20,000 nt of DNA from IMG/VR virus record IMGVR_UViG_3300042890_000801. The stretch is one strand, 5' to 3'. Positions 7,955 through 14,988 of this stretch are shown here, in pieces (position 1 is the stretch's first letter; the number at the start of each line of letters is the position of its first letter). The notes beneath the pieces were generated by a model. That model made no database searches. It saw only the letters and a program-made list of their open reading frames with translations, and was not told the DNA's origin. Origin of the DNA: an uncultured virus (IMG/VR IMGVR_UViG_3300042890_000801). Its lineage: Duplodnaviria > Heunggongvirae > Uroviricota > Caudoviricetes. A program made the position numbers and the translations under genes.

Positions 7955-8148
7955 TGTTCTATCCTCATTTCGCATGTGTCTGTGTCTTTATCTATCAGGG
8001 TTTCGCAATACGAAGGTTTCCTCGTACTCATTGCCTCTATGTCTAACTCAATCTGGGTGTGCCTCCTGCATCCTTCTTTCTCATTGCATCCCTTACCGTG
8101 GCACCGTGTTACATCGTAAGGCAGGAATCGGAAGCTTCTCGTAACCAT
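7951..8148 (-). CDS. Small Cys-rich phage protein (DVTRC..C..C.R)
   Basis: LPYDVTRCHGKGCNEKEGCRRH; ATGA overlap with the next gene. Confidence 0.7.
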   Translation of the reverse strand: MVTRSFRFLPYDVTRCHGKGCNEKEGCRRHTQIELDIEAMSTRKPSYCETLIDKDTDTCEMRIEQ

Positions 8149-8241
8149 AATGATCTCGCCCTTGTGGTTTCCTGTTTGGGTAGTAGCGTTCTGCTTTGAT
8201 TAACCAACCGCACTTTGCGGTCACTCTGTAGAATATGTTGC

Positions 8242-8264
8242 GATTTTTAGACGGTCTAAAAATC
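8242..8264. repeat. Palindrome GATTTTTAGAC-G-GTCTAAAAATC (11-bp arms)
   Basis: Core 8247-8259; overlaps the stop of 8256..8465. Confidence 0.95.
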
Positions 8265-8465
8265 TGTGCGTCCTGCAAGTTCTTCCTCAGAAAATACCTT
8301 GTCATTATCTTGTCCTCCGTTTTCATGCCACTCTATACACGCCTGCCACCCAGCATAGAAAGCCTCCCATCTGTTTGGCATTTTGGTTACATCCCTCATG
8401 GCATCTTTGTGCCACTCGTCGTATGCTGTTGTTATCTCATCCCTACTCATCTGCTGCTCCTTCAC
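8256..8465 (-). CDS. Hypothetical protein (69 aa or less)
   Basis: AYDEW..WEAFYAGWQA motif; likely start MSRDE after SD AAGGAG; its stop codon lies inside a TTAGAC palindrome. Confidence 0.65.
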   Translation of the reverse strand: MKEQQMSRDEITTAYDEWHKDAMRDVTKMPNRWEAFYAGWQACIEWHENGGQDNDKVFSEEELAGRTDF

Positions 8466-8751
8466 CTAAGTCTCCTTTAATAGTTAAGTAGTAAACATCC
8501 TCGCCCCAAAATATACCCACATCGGTTACATCCACTTGTACTCCTGCTATGTTTATCAGAGCTATCGAAGTTTGCATCCAGTTGGGCAGGGTGCGATAGT
8601 GGTGCTGTGTTCCCGTATTAAAATCATAGATGTCTCCCCCCTCCCCTCGCGATGCTACTCGAACCCGCGCTTGCTTCACAACTCCAGATGAATCGTAGTC
8701 CCAATAGGGGCTGTAATATGCTTCTCCGTTATTACCCACAATGTTGGACAT
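8443..8751 (-). CDS. Hypothetical protein (102 aa)
   Basis: SD AAAGGAGA before ATG 8751; overlaps the VWA gene end by about 76 nt; C-terminus resembles 10194..10523. Confidence 0.65.
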   Translation of the reverse strand: MSNIVGNNGEAYYSPYWDYDSSGVVKQARVRVASRGEGGDIYDFNTGTQHHYRTLPNWMQTSIALINIAGVQVDVTDVGIFWGEDVYYLTIKGDLGEGAADE

Positions 8752-9812
8752 GGTATCTCCTTTGGCCAAGGGGTATATCCGTCTGTCAATATCACAATCG
8801 CTTCCGGCTTGAGGTTGTTCTTCACAACGTAATCAAAGATCACACGCATGTCCGTACCGCCACCACCATGCAACTCTGTTATAGCCCCTAGCTGGTCTAG
8901 GGAACCTTGGTCGAAGACCTTGTGTGACTGTATGGTAGCGTCACACTCGATCAAATGCAACACCTCTGGCATAACAATGTTGCATATAGCCACAAACTCT
9001 GAGACGAAAGCAGATGCCACCGGCCCATTCACGCTGCCACTTGTATCCATCCCATTCACCAAAGACCCCATGCTCTCGCTGATGCTCGACGGCATGTACA
9101 AGTCCTCTCCCAACCATCTGCGGTTAGGCCTTCTCCATGTGCTGTCGTCATGCCCCTGAGATACAGAAGACATGAACTCACGCATCTGCTCACGCCAGTC
9201 GATCTTAGGAGCGGTTAACTCACCAATCAGCTTGCTCTCTTCGCCTCCCATCTTGCCAGCCATGAGAGCACCTTGACGAATAGCTTGGTCGATCTCTGCC
9301 GCAACTGCCTCCTTCTCCTCATCAGTTAGCTCATCGAAGTTATGTTCGTCAAAGCCCCCTCCTCCTTCCTCCCCCTGATCCTTCAGCCTACGGTACACTT
9401 CGCCTGTGTCCATCCCTCTGTACTGCTCGTCCACTAAGGCACAGTCAGGGAGTTTGGTGAAGTCTTTGTGCTTTTTAGACAGGTCTAAAATTTCGAGGTT
9501 GATAACGTAGTCTGCTGCCATGTTCGCTAGCTTAGCGTCCTCTTTCCACAGGTGCTTCCAGAGCCATGCGTGAGAGTATGCCTTATGAAGATTCTCGTGT
9601 AGTACCACGGCAGTGAGTTCAGCATCACTCAGCCCCTCTACAAACCCACGGCCATACATAACATCACGCCCATTAGTACATGCTGTAGGAATGTCATCCT
9701 GCACCGTACTTTCCCCCACCATGACCAGACCACTGAATGCCATCGTAGCCTGATGTGACATTAACCTTACGTGACTCTTCTGTATCCGTTGTTCTGCTGT
9801 TAAGTTCATCAC
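8676..9812 (-). CDS. Putative metallopeptidase plus VWA-like protein (DUF2201-like)
   Basis: TACTNG, HENLH (HExxH), NMAADYVIN, WRRPNRR, MIDAS DTSGS, HGGGGTD, ILTDGY. Confidence 0.9.
   Translation of the reverse strand: MMNLTAEQRIQKSHVRLMSHQATMAFSGLVMVGESTVQDDIPTACTNGRDVMYGRGFVEGLSDAELTAVVLHENLHKAYSHAWLWKHLWKEDAKLANMAADYVINLEILDLSKKHKDFTKLPDCALVDEQYRGMDTGEVYRRLKDQGEEGGGGFDEHNFDELTDEEKEAVAAEIDQAIRQGALMAGKMGGEESKLIGELTAPKIDWREQMREFMSSVSQGHDDSTWRRPNRRWLGEDLYMPSSISESMGSLVNGMDTSGSVNGPVASAFVSEFVAICNIVMPEVLHLIECDATIQSHKVFDQGSLDQLGAITELHGGGGTDMRVIFDYVVKNNLKPEAIVILTDGYTPWPKEIPCPTLWVITEKHITAPIGTTIHLEL
9473..9490. repeat. Palindrome variant TTTTAGAC-AG-GTCTAAAA (2-nt spacer)
   Basis: Inside the VWA gene. 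Confidence 0.8.
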
Positions 9813-10135
9813 TCTTCTCCTTTGATCTTGGCAAAATCTTGTGGACTCATCACTGTATCGTCCTCCTCTCTATCTTTTATCGCACATGCCCATGCTGTAT
9901 AGGTATCGTTGTCCACTCCTCGTGCATCGAAGGTAATATCTTTCACTACCTCGACGTTTCCGACTTCGTACTCCCTTAATGCGCTAAGCGTCCCTGCTCT
10001 ATGGTTCGCCGGGTATTGCATGTCTATTCTATGGGCATGTTCAGCTAACAATGCCTGCACCTTATGCGCCACTTCCAATGGCATGACTAGATCGTAGTAC
10101 CCGAAACTTATCTTACCCAGTATTTTCTTGTTCAT
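9809..10135 (-). CDS. Hypothetical protein (108 aa)
   Basis: Start MNKKILG at 10135 with SD GAGGAG; stop overlaps the VWA start. Confidence 0.7.
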   Translation of the reverse strand: MNKKILGKISFGYYDLVMPLEVAHKVQALLAEHAHRIDMQYPANHRAGTLSALREYEVGNVEVVKDITFDARGVDNDTYTAWACAIKDREEDDTVMSPQDFAKIKGEE

Positions 10136-10177
10136 TCTCGTACTCCTCGCCATGTAATAGGTCATCAACACATGTTT

Positions 10178-10190
10178 TTAGACCGTCTAA
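10178..10190. repeat. Palindrome TTAGAC-C-GTCTAA
   Basis: Intergenic, 3 nt after the stop at 10194. Confidence 0.95.
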
Positions 10191-10193
10191 TTT

Positions 10194-10523
10194 TTAGCAA
10201 TCAATAATATAAACCTTTCTGGCGGGGTCTACAGCGTTTACCCAAGCCCCCACCCCCTCGACATACCTATACTCTGGCAACATACGGATAAATATAAGCG
10301 CCTCTCTTTGCTTATCAGTTAACGTGTCTACATATTTCTCGGTGGCGGAGTAGGCTAAACTGATAAGCGCTGAATATGTACTGAATATTTCTTCCCTAGA
10401 AACCTCTTTTATTCTCAGAGTGTACATATCGACCACTTCCTTACCAATAATACCTATCCACAACAACTCCCGCTCTTCCATAGCCCACCTCAACTGAAAA
10501 GGAAAGAATTTTTTGAAGCCCAC
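10194..10523 (-). CDS. Hypothetical protein (start uncertain)
   Basis: Fills the gap after the AAA ATPase; alternative starts at 10481 and 10427. Confidence 0.6.
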   Translation of the reverse strand: MGFKKFFPFQLRWAMEERELLWIGIIGKEVVDMYTLRIKEVSREEIFSTYSALISLAYSATEKYVDTLTDKQREALIFIRMLPEYRYVEGVGAWVNAVDPARKVYIIDC

Positions 10524-11557
10524 GAAGTAAATCCCTTATGTGTCGTAGCAATACCTACCTTAGCTGACCGCATAATAGACCTAGCAAACAGCGCCTGCAC
10601 CTCCTTACCCATTCTCTGTACGTACACCATCCACGCATCGAACGTACCACGCTCAATCCTCTGCACTGCCTTGGCTACCATCATGCAACACGCCGCTGCA
10701 CCCTTGGGAATCTTGGTGTCCTCTGGGTTTTTAATCACAGCTTCCCACGATGGAAGCGTATCGTTAAGTTTTACAAGAGTGAGGATGTCCATCGCTGCGG
10801 CTTCGCCTACCACACCCATCAGTGCATGAATACGAACGTCATCGGGCAGGTTCTCGGTAGCTTTGAGCACATCGCTGGCCTTTTCCATGCCTCTATGCGT
10901 AACGAACGCTGTCCTCGGTGACTTAGGATGGTTGATGTAATGATTGGTATTCGGGTCTTCCACATTCTCAAAGCTCTCAAACATCTGAGGGAACTCAATA
11001 GCCGTACCAAGAATAGTAGGATGAATACCCGCATTGATGCCGTACACCTCTACCCACTCCATGCCTGTGTACTTTCTGATCTTTGCTTGGCACATTCTAC
11101 TTCTGGCATGTGCTGGTATGTTATCGCCCAGCCCTTCTATTGCTAGGTTTGTCGTAGCAAAGACAATGCTTCCTTCAGGCAAGGCGTACTTGCCAAGCTT
11201 TCTCTCGTGGATAATCCTAAGCAATGTGTTCATCACTGCCTTACTGCACTTGCCTAGCTCGTCAATCATCAATAGCACAGGCTGAGTCAAATGGAACCCA
11301 AGGTACTCATTAGGTAGGAATGACACAGAATCAGTACCTACCTTGGGCATCATGATGTCACCGACATCTAACAAAGGCGCATCCAAATATACCGGATGAT
11401 GCTCTGGGAATCTTTGCTTCAGCATACCCAGCATGGCGCTCTTGCCGATGCCCATTTCCCCACTGAAGAGGCATGTCACCTTATCACCCACAGCAGCTAC
11501 CAAGTCAGATGCCTGTGCCAGTGTGAGTGAACCGTAAGTCTTGTTAATCTTGCTCAT
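10490..11557 (-). CDS. AAA+ ATPase (MoxR/dynein-related type, VWA partner)
   Basis: Walker A GEMGIGKS, Walker B LLMIDELGK, sensor ATTN, ARSRM. Start placed at 11557 because a promoter (11616-11645) lies just upstream of the longer ORF start. Confidence 0.9.
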   Translation of the reverse strand: MSKINKTYGSLTLAQASDLVAAVGDKVTCLFSGEMGIGKSAMLGMLKQRFPEHHPVYLDAPLLDVGDIMMPKVGTDSVSFLPNEYLGFHLTQPVLLMIDELGKCSKAVMNTLLRIIHERKLGKYALPEGSIVFATTNLAIEGLGDNIPAHARSRMCQAKIRKYTGMEWVEVYGINAGIHPTILGTAIEFPQMFESFENVEDPNTNHYINHPKSPRTAFVTHRGMEKASDVLKATENLPDDVRIHALMGVVGEAAAMDILTLVKLNDTLPSWEAVIKNPEDTKIPKGAAACCMMVAKAVQRIERGTFDAWMVYVQRMGKEVQALFARSIMRSAKVGIATTHKGFTSWASKNSFLFS

Positions 11558-11561
11558 GTTT

Positions 11562-11574
11562 TTAGACCGTCTAA
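11562..11574. repeat. Palindrome TTAGAC-C-GTCTAA
   Basis: 4 nt before the AAA ATPase ATG. Confidence 0.95.
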
Positions 11575-11615
11575 ATATCCACCAAGTAAGGCTTGGCTCC
11601 TTCAACTGAGTATAT

Positions 11616-11645
11616 ATTATACTACGTTTTTTCTATCTTTGTCAA
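11616..11645 (-). promoter_or_regulatory. sigma70 consensus promoter TTGACA-N18-TATAAT (AAA ATPase operon)
   Basis: Plus strand ATTATA 11616-11621 and TGTCAA 11640-11645, intergenic. Confidence 0.85.
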
Positions 11646-11650
11646 TGCCC

Positions 11651-12523
11651 TCATACCAGACTGAACTTCTCCAGCAAATGATCCAGTTCCTTCTTCGTCT
11701 GCATACGAGAGCCTTCGTCTTTCCTCAAGTCCTTGGCATCACAATACTCGACGGTATTTCTCAACTCCCTTCTCATCTGCTCAATCTCTGGATCACCTGT
11801 TAGATTCAAGTCACCCATTGCATCGCATAGTTCAAGGCAAGTCTCAATCGTGCTCTCATGAACTCTTCCTTTTGTGCCATCAGGCTCGATGCGTAACTGA
11901 TTCGATAGCTTTGACACAGCATCCTTCACTCGATCTCTAACGTCCTGCATCGCGTCAGCTATGCGCTTCTCCTGCGCCTGCTCGAACTCCCAGCGTAACT
12001 GCTCCAGTCCTTCGTTACCAATATCAATGCGGAAATCACCCGACTCAGGCAATGGATAGATGTTGTAGTGCATCTGAAATTTGTGGCGAATCTCCGACAC
12101 GTCTGGGTAGTCGTCTACGTTGAACAACGCACCCAACTCGAACTGTGCCGACTGGATAATTGTTTTGTACTCTTTCTCGAACTCATCGACCAGTGCATCT
12201 CGAATACTCTGATGCTGTTGTAGCTCTTGCATGTAATCGAAGTAGCCTTTGGTGGGCAGCAAGCGCGGCCCCCGATCAGACCAAGGTAGAGTACGCGAGG
12301 CGTGCCATTGGCGAACCAACACATCCTGGCTCTGAATAGAAGCTAGTTCCTTGCAGTTAGCGAAGAGGTTCTTCTGATACGTCCCAGCACGGGACTTGGC
12401 GTGCTTGGCTCCTGCTACCTCATCGGACACAGCCCTATCTTGTTTCTTGCCTTGATACCCTTTTATGGTTAGATCGACCAGCATGGCACTGGATGAAATG
12501 GTTACGTTGTTTGCGTTGCTCAT
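11651..12523 (-). CDS. DUF3150-like phage protein (290 aa)
   Basis: SSSAMLVDL..KKQD, KNLFA, TLPWSDRGPRLLP, LGALFN..DYP, PESGDFR, LNLTGDP; SD GGAGA before ATG 12523. Confidence 0.75.
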   Translation of the reverse strand: MSNANNVTISSSAMLVDLTIKGYQGKKQDRAVSDEVAGAKHAKSRAGTYQKNLFANCKELASIQSQDVLVRQWHASRTLPWSDRGPRLLPTKGYFDYMQELQQHQSIRDALVDEFEKEYKTIIQSAQFELGALFNVDDYPDVSEIRHKFQMHYNIYPLPESGDFRIDIGNEGLEQLRWEFEQAQEKRIADAMQDVRDRVKDAVSKLSNQLRIEPDGTKGRVHESTIETCLELCDAMGDLNLTGDPEIEQMRRELRNTVEYCDAKDLRKDEGSRMQTKKELDHLLEKFSLV

Positions 12524-12540
12524 TGTGTTTCTCCAAAAAA

Positions 12541-12553
12541 TTAGACCGTCTAA
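12541..12553. repeat. Palindrome TTAGAC-C-GTCTAA
   Basis: Intergenic between the DenV-like and DUF3150-like genes. Confidence 0.95.
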
Positions 12554-12557
12554 AAAA

Positions 12558-13037
12558 TCACCACCAGTATGGTGGTGGCACACCTTTGCTCCACTGAGCG
12601 AAGTCTTTGGTGTGGTAGTAGGCACGGTATGCCTTCACTGGGTTTGGGTTACGAAACTCTTCCGGCATTGCCTGAGCAAATGACGTTGGGCCTATGTCTG
12701 GCAGTGTGCCGATCCACTCTTTACACTCTCTCACTATATCTTTGATGACCTCCCACGATTTGTGGTTGTGTTGCTTGCCGTACCTGATTCTGTACTGTGT
12801 GTTTAATTCTTTCGCATGTTCTGTCAGCCACCAGAAGTTGTCGATGCTGGCACGAGTCCAGATGGTACATGGATGGTTGAGGTGCGCTGTCTTATAAGGA
12901 GTGACTTGCTCTCCTGCCTTGTAGTTGAGTGCACTGCACAGCATTTGTGCCGACTCCAGTATCATCTTGTTGACGTGCTTATCGCACATCATGATTGCAG
13001 ATAGCCTAGGGTCGTAGTCGAGTACGAAGATGTTCAT
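12558..13037 (-). CDS. Pyrimidine-dimer DNA glycosylase / endonuclease V (DenV-like) family protein
   Basis: MNIFVLD..P, CDKHVNKMILESAQMLC, YKTAHLNHPCTIW, YRIRYGKQH, FAQAMPE, AYRAYY. Confidence 0.8.
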   Translation of the reverse strand: MNIFVLDYDPRLSAIMMCDKHVNKMILESAQMLCSALNYKAGEQVTPYKTAHLNHPCTIWTRASIDNFWWLTEHAKELNTQYRIRYGKQHNHKSWEVIKDIVRECKEWIGTLPDIGPTSFAQAMPEEFRNPNPVKAYRAYYHTKDFAQWSKGVPPPYWW

Positions 13038-13041
13038 AAAA

Positions 13042-13054
13042 TTAGACCGTCTAA
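13042..13054. repeat. Palindrome TTAGAC-C-GTCTAA
   Basis: 4 nt before the DenV-like ATG. Confidence 0.95.
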
Positions 13055-13097
13055 AAAGCCACTGCGTAAGGCGCAGCACCCTTGTCTCTTGGTATAT

Positions 13098-13127
13098 ATT
13101 ATATACCTTTTCTGTATCTTTTGTCAA
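13098..13127 (-). promoter_or_regulatory. sigma70 consensus promoter TTGACA-N18-TATAAT (DenV-like gene)
   Basis: ATTATA 13098-13103, TGTCAA 13122-13127. Confidence 0.85.
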
Positions 13128-13253
13128 GTGGGGTTAGCCTCCACCCCAAGGTCTACGGCATCGGGTGAGAGAGGGGCATGGAGCCGCAAAGTCCCAATCC
13201 GTAGATGACGTGGTTATTCAGCAAGTGGGCCACTCACGCCTTACGCCCTTTTG

Positions 13254-13445
13254 TTATTCTACGCTATCTTCTTCCTGTGCCAAGGCCCAGTCGCTTGCCA
13301 GCCTATCCAGCACAGCAACGTCTAAGTAGCCGCGTATGTCCTGCATGGTTTTCATGTCTACCACCTTTATTATGTACGGCTCCCCATAGATGAACTCGCC
13401 CTTCACATAGCACTCCTTCTCTTCTATGCCTATGTATGCTCGCAT
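13254..13445 (-). CDS. Hypothetical protein (63 aa)
   Basis: SD GAGGAG; TAATG coupling. Confidence 0.65.
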   Translation of the reverse strand: MRAYIGIEEKECYVKGEFIYGEPYIIKVVDMKTMQDIRGYLDVAVLDRLASDWALAQEEDSVE

Positions 13446-13669
13446 TACAATTCTCCTCTTTTCTCTGCCTCGGTCATTATGTAGTCTGCGTGGTCAGCCC
13501 AAATGCCAGCGTACACTTCCATTACTTCCTCGTCTGCATTGCCCGCTTCAACCAGCATACGAATGGTAGGATGATCGGGTTCGCCCTGCTCCTCCTCAAT
13601 GTCCAGATAGTCTGGGTCGCGTGGGTCGAGCCGAGAATAAAAACGTACTTCTGCTCTTGTCATGTTCAT
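13445..13669 (-). CDS. Hypothetical acidic protein (74 aa)
   Basis: SD GGAGGAGG; ATGA coupling. Confidence 0.65.
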   Translation of the reverse strand: MNMTRAEVRFYSRLDPRDPDYLDIEEEQGEPDHPTIRMLVEAGNADEEVMEVYAGIWADHADYIMTEAEKRGEL

Positions 13670-13944
13670 TGTGCCTCCTCCATTTTTAGACCGTCTAATT
13701 TTTGAAGCCAGTTGTTAAGCTCTTCCTGTGGCACACGCGCCGTCAATGGATAGCCCATCCTCTTCTTCCACTGGGTGATGTGCTTACTCGTTGTGACGCT
13801 CCACTTTCTATCTGTCTCAATGAACCCCAAGCCGGGGATATAGCCTGCCACAGGTGTGCTATATGATTGAAGGAACTGTGCGCCGTTCTCATAGGTCACT
13901 TCCCAAGCACTTTGTTTGTTTATTCTTTTCATTGTGTGTTTCAT
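13666..13944 (-). CDS. Hypothetical phage early protein (SYxTxVA..SxTTSKH motif)
   Basis: FLQSYSTPVAG..WSVTTSKHI; SD AGGAGA. Confidence 0.75.
   Translation of the reverse strand: MKHTMKRINKQSAWEVTYENGAQFLQSYSTPVAGYIPGLGFIETDRKWSVTTSKHITQWKKRMGYPLTARVPQEELNNWLQKLDGLKMEEAQ
13686..13698. repeat. Palindrome TTAGAC-C-GTCTAA
   Basis: In the 3' end of 13666..13944, just upstream of the next SD. Confidence 0.95.
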
Positions 13945-13954
13945 TGTTCTTCTC

Positions 13955-14161
13955 CTATAGTTCTACTACGATCCAGTCCTTGCCCTGCTCTATATAGCAT
14001 GTGCAGGCATTGCCAAAGCACGGGGCATACACACGCCGCAGTCTATTGTTGTGTTTCACCATGTACCGTGTTGGGATTCTTCTACCATAGCCGGAGGCGT
14101 TGGCATACCGCACGGGCTTTTCAACACAAAAAGGGAAATAAATTCTGTCTACAATAGCCAT
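13955..14161 (-). CDS. Hypothetical phage early protein (SGYG..IPT..RRVY motif, 68 aa)
   Basis: Start MAIVDR at 14161 after SD GAGGAG. Confidence 0.7.
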   Translation of the reverse strand: MAIVDRIYFPFCVEKPVRYANASGYGRRIPTRYMVKHNNRLRRVYAPCFGNACTCYIEQGKDWIVVEL

Positions 14162-14165
14162 TGCC

Positions 14166-14471
14166 TTACTCCTCAAACCCAAAGTTCTGTTTCTCTTCAT
14201 CACTCATAAGCTCGTCGCACAGCGCCCACAAGTCGCCATCTTGGTACAGCCTCCAGACGTACTCGCCCTCTCTATACTCCGCCTTATTGAGTATCTGGTC
14301 CCATGCTTCCCAATAGTCATGGTTGTCTGGTCCTTCTGCACAGGTGTTAGCCGCCCAAGACTCAGGGTCTATGCTCCACTCGGTAATGTCACAATTAGCA
14401 ACAAAGTCACGGGGGATATACTGCCCACGCGCATCGCTCAACAGGCACTCAACTGCATCTAACTTGCTCAT
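14166..14471 (-). CDS. Hypothetical phage early protein (101 aa)
   Basis: SDARGQYIPRDF..YWEAWDQIL..LYQDGDLW; SD GGAGAG; downstream of tandem promoters. Confidence 0.75.
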   Translation of the reverse strand: MSKLDAVECLLSDARGQYIPRDFVANCDITEWSIDPESWAANTCAEGPDNHDYWEAWDQILNKAEYREGEYVWRLYQDGDLWALCDELMSDEEKQNFGFEE

Positions 14472-14486
14472 CTTATCTCTCCGTTT

Positions 14487-14499
14487 TTAGACCGTCTAA
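14487..14499. repeat. Palindrome TTAGAC-C-GTCTAA
   Basis: In the 5' UTR of 14166..14471. Confidence 0.95.
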
Positions 14500-14558
14500 T
14501 TTGTCGGTCTGTGTCTACTGCATGGGGTGCAGCGCCCTGTCTTCTCGACTTGGTATAT

Positions 14559-14588
14559 ATTATATACCTTTTTTCTACCTTTTGTCAA
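14559..14588 (-). promoter_or_regulatory. sigma70 consensus promoter TTGACA-N18-TATAAT
   Basis: ATTATA 14559-14564, TGTCAA 14583-14588. Confidence 0.85.
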
Positions 14589-14600
14589 GCCAACGGCTTT

Positions 14601-14613
14601 TTAGACCGTCTAA
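14601..14613. repeat. Palindrome TTAGAC-C-GTCTAA
   Basis: Between tandem promoters, 12 nt upstream of a -35 box. Confidence 0.95.
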
Positions 14614-14657
14614 ATATGTGCCGTCCTTGGCCTTTCTTCCTTCACTTCATGGTATAT

Positions 14658-14686
14658 ATTATATATGTTTTTCCTATCTTTGTCAA
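14658..14686 (-). promoter_or_regulatory. sigma70 consensus promoter TTGACA-N17-TATAAT (tandem with the previous one)
   Basis: ATTATA 14658-14663, TGTCAA 14681-14686. Confidence 0.85.
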
Positions 14687-14687
14687 G

Positions 14688-14987
14688 TCACCAGTCGTAG
14701 CCGCTGGCGTCTAAGTTATTTATGCGATTGTCATAAGGTATTTTGTTTATGTGCGTGATTCGTTTTGGCACAGGGGCTCCGTAGTACCATAGCCATGCCA
14801 GCTTGTGTGCGGCATGTGTTCCTCCACACAAATTTATAAAGACACCCCCTTTGGCATTCTCCTTACCTGCGATATCCCCGCGCTCTCTACCGTGACTTCT
14901 GTCGTCCTGTGCCCAGCGGAACTCTCCGGTGTACTCGTCATAGTCCAGCACTGAATGTAGATACGCCTGTGTTAGCTCTTTCTTCAT
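14688..14987 (-). CDS. HNH endonuclease-like protein, C-terminally shortened
   Basis: LTQAYLHSVLDYD..TGEFRW, AHKLAWLWYYG, THINK..DNRINNL, then a stop 7 residues later. Confidence 0.75.
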   Translation of the reverse strand: MKKELTQAYLHSVLDYDEYTGEFRWAQDDRSHGRERGDIAGKENAKGGVFINLCGGTHAAHKLAWLWYYGAPVPKRITHINKIPYDNRINNLDASGYDW

Positions 14988-14988
14988 A

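Noticed and set aside
8093..8326. 77-aa minus-strand ORF
   Set aside because: Overlaps both better-supported neighbours and runs through the palindrome; cannot be supported.
11562..13054. Palindromes as N4-type virion RNA polymerase hairpin promoters or intrinsic terminators
   Set aside because: AT-rich stem and loop do not match the N4 pattern, sigma70 promoters are adjacent, and the stems are too weak for typical terminators.
12524..13127. Extended N-termini of the DUF3150-like and DenV-like genes in the ORF track
   Set aside because: Extensions run through the promoter, palindrome or upstream gene; family motifs begin at 12523 and 13037.
13180..13215. GCCGCAAAG as part of a c-di-GMP-I riboswitch
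   Set aside because: No GYAAA/GNRA P2 arrangement visible, and it is antisense to the local genes.
8247..14613. Palindrome repeats as a CRISPR array
   Set aside because: Only 13 bp, irregular spacing of 0.1-2 kb with genes between, and no cas genes.
10178..14613. CCGTCTAA as a Neisseria DNA uptake sequence (GCCGTCTGAA)
   Set aside because: Lacks the internal G and the leading G; the motif here is a self-palindrome.
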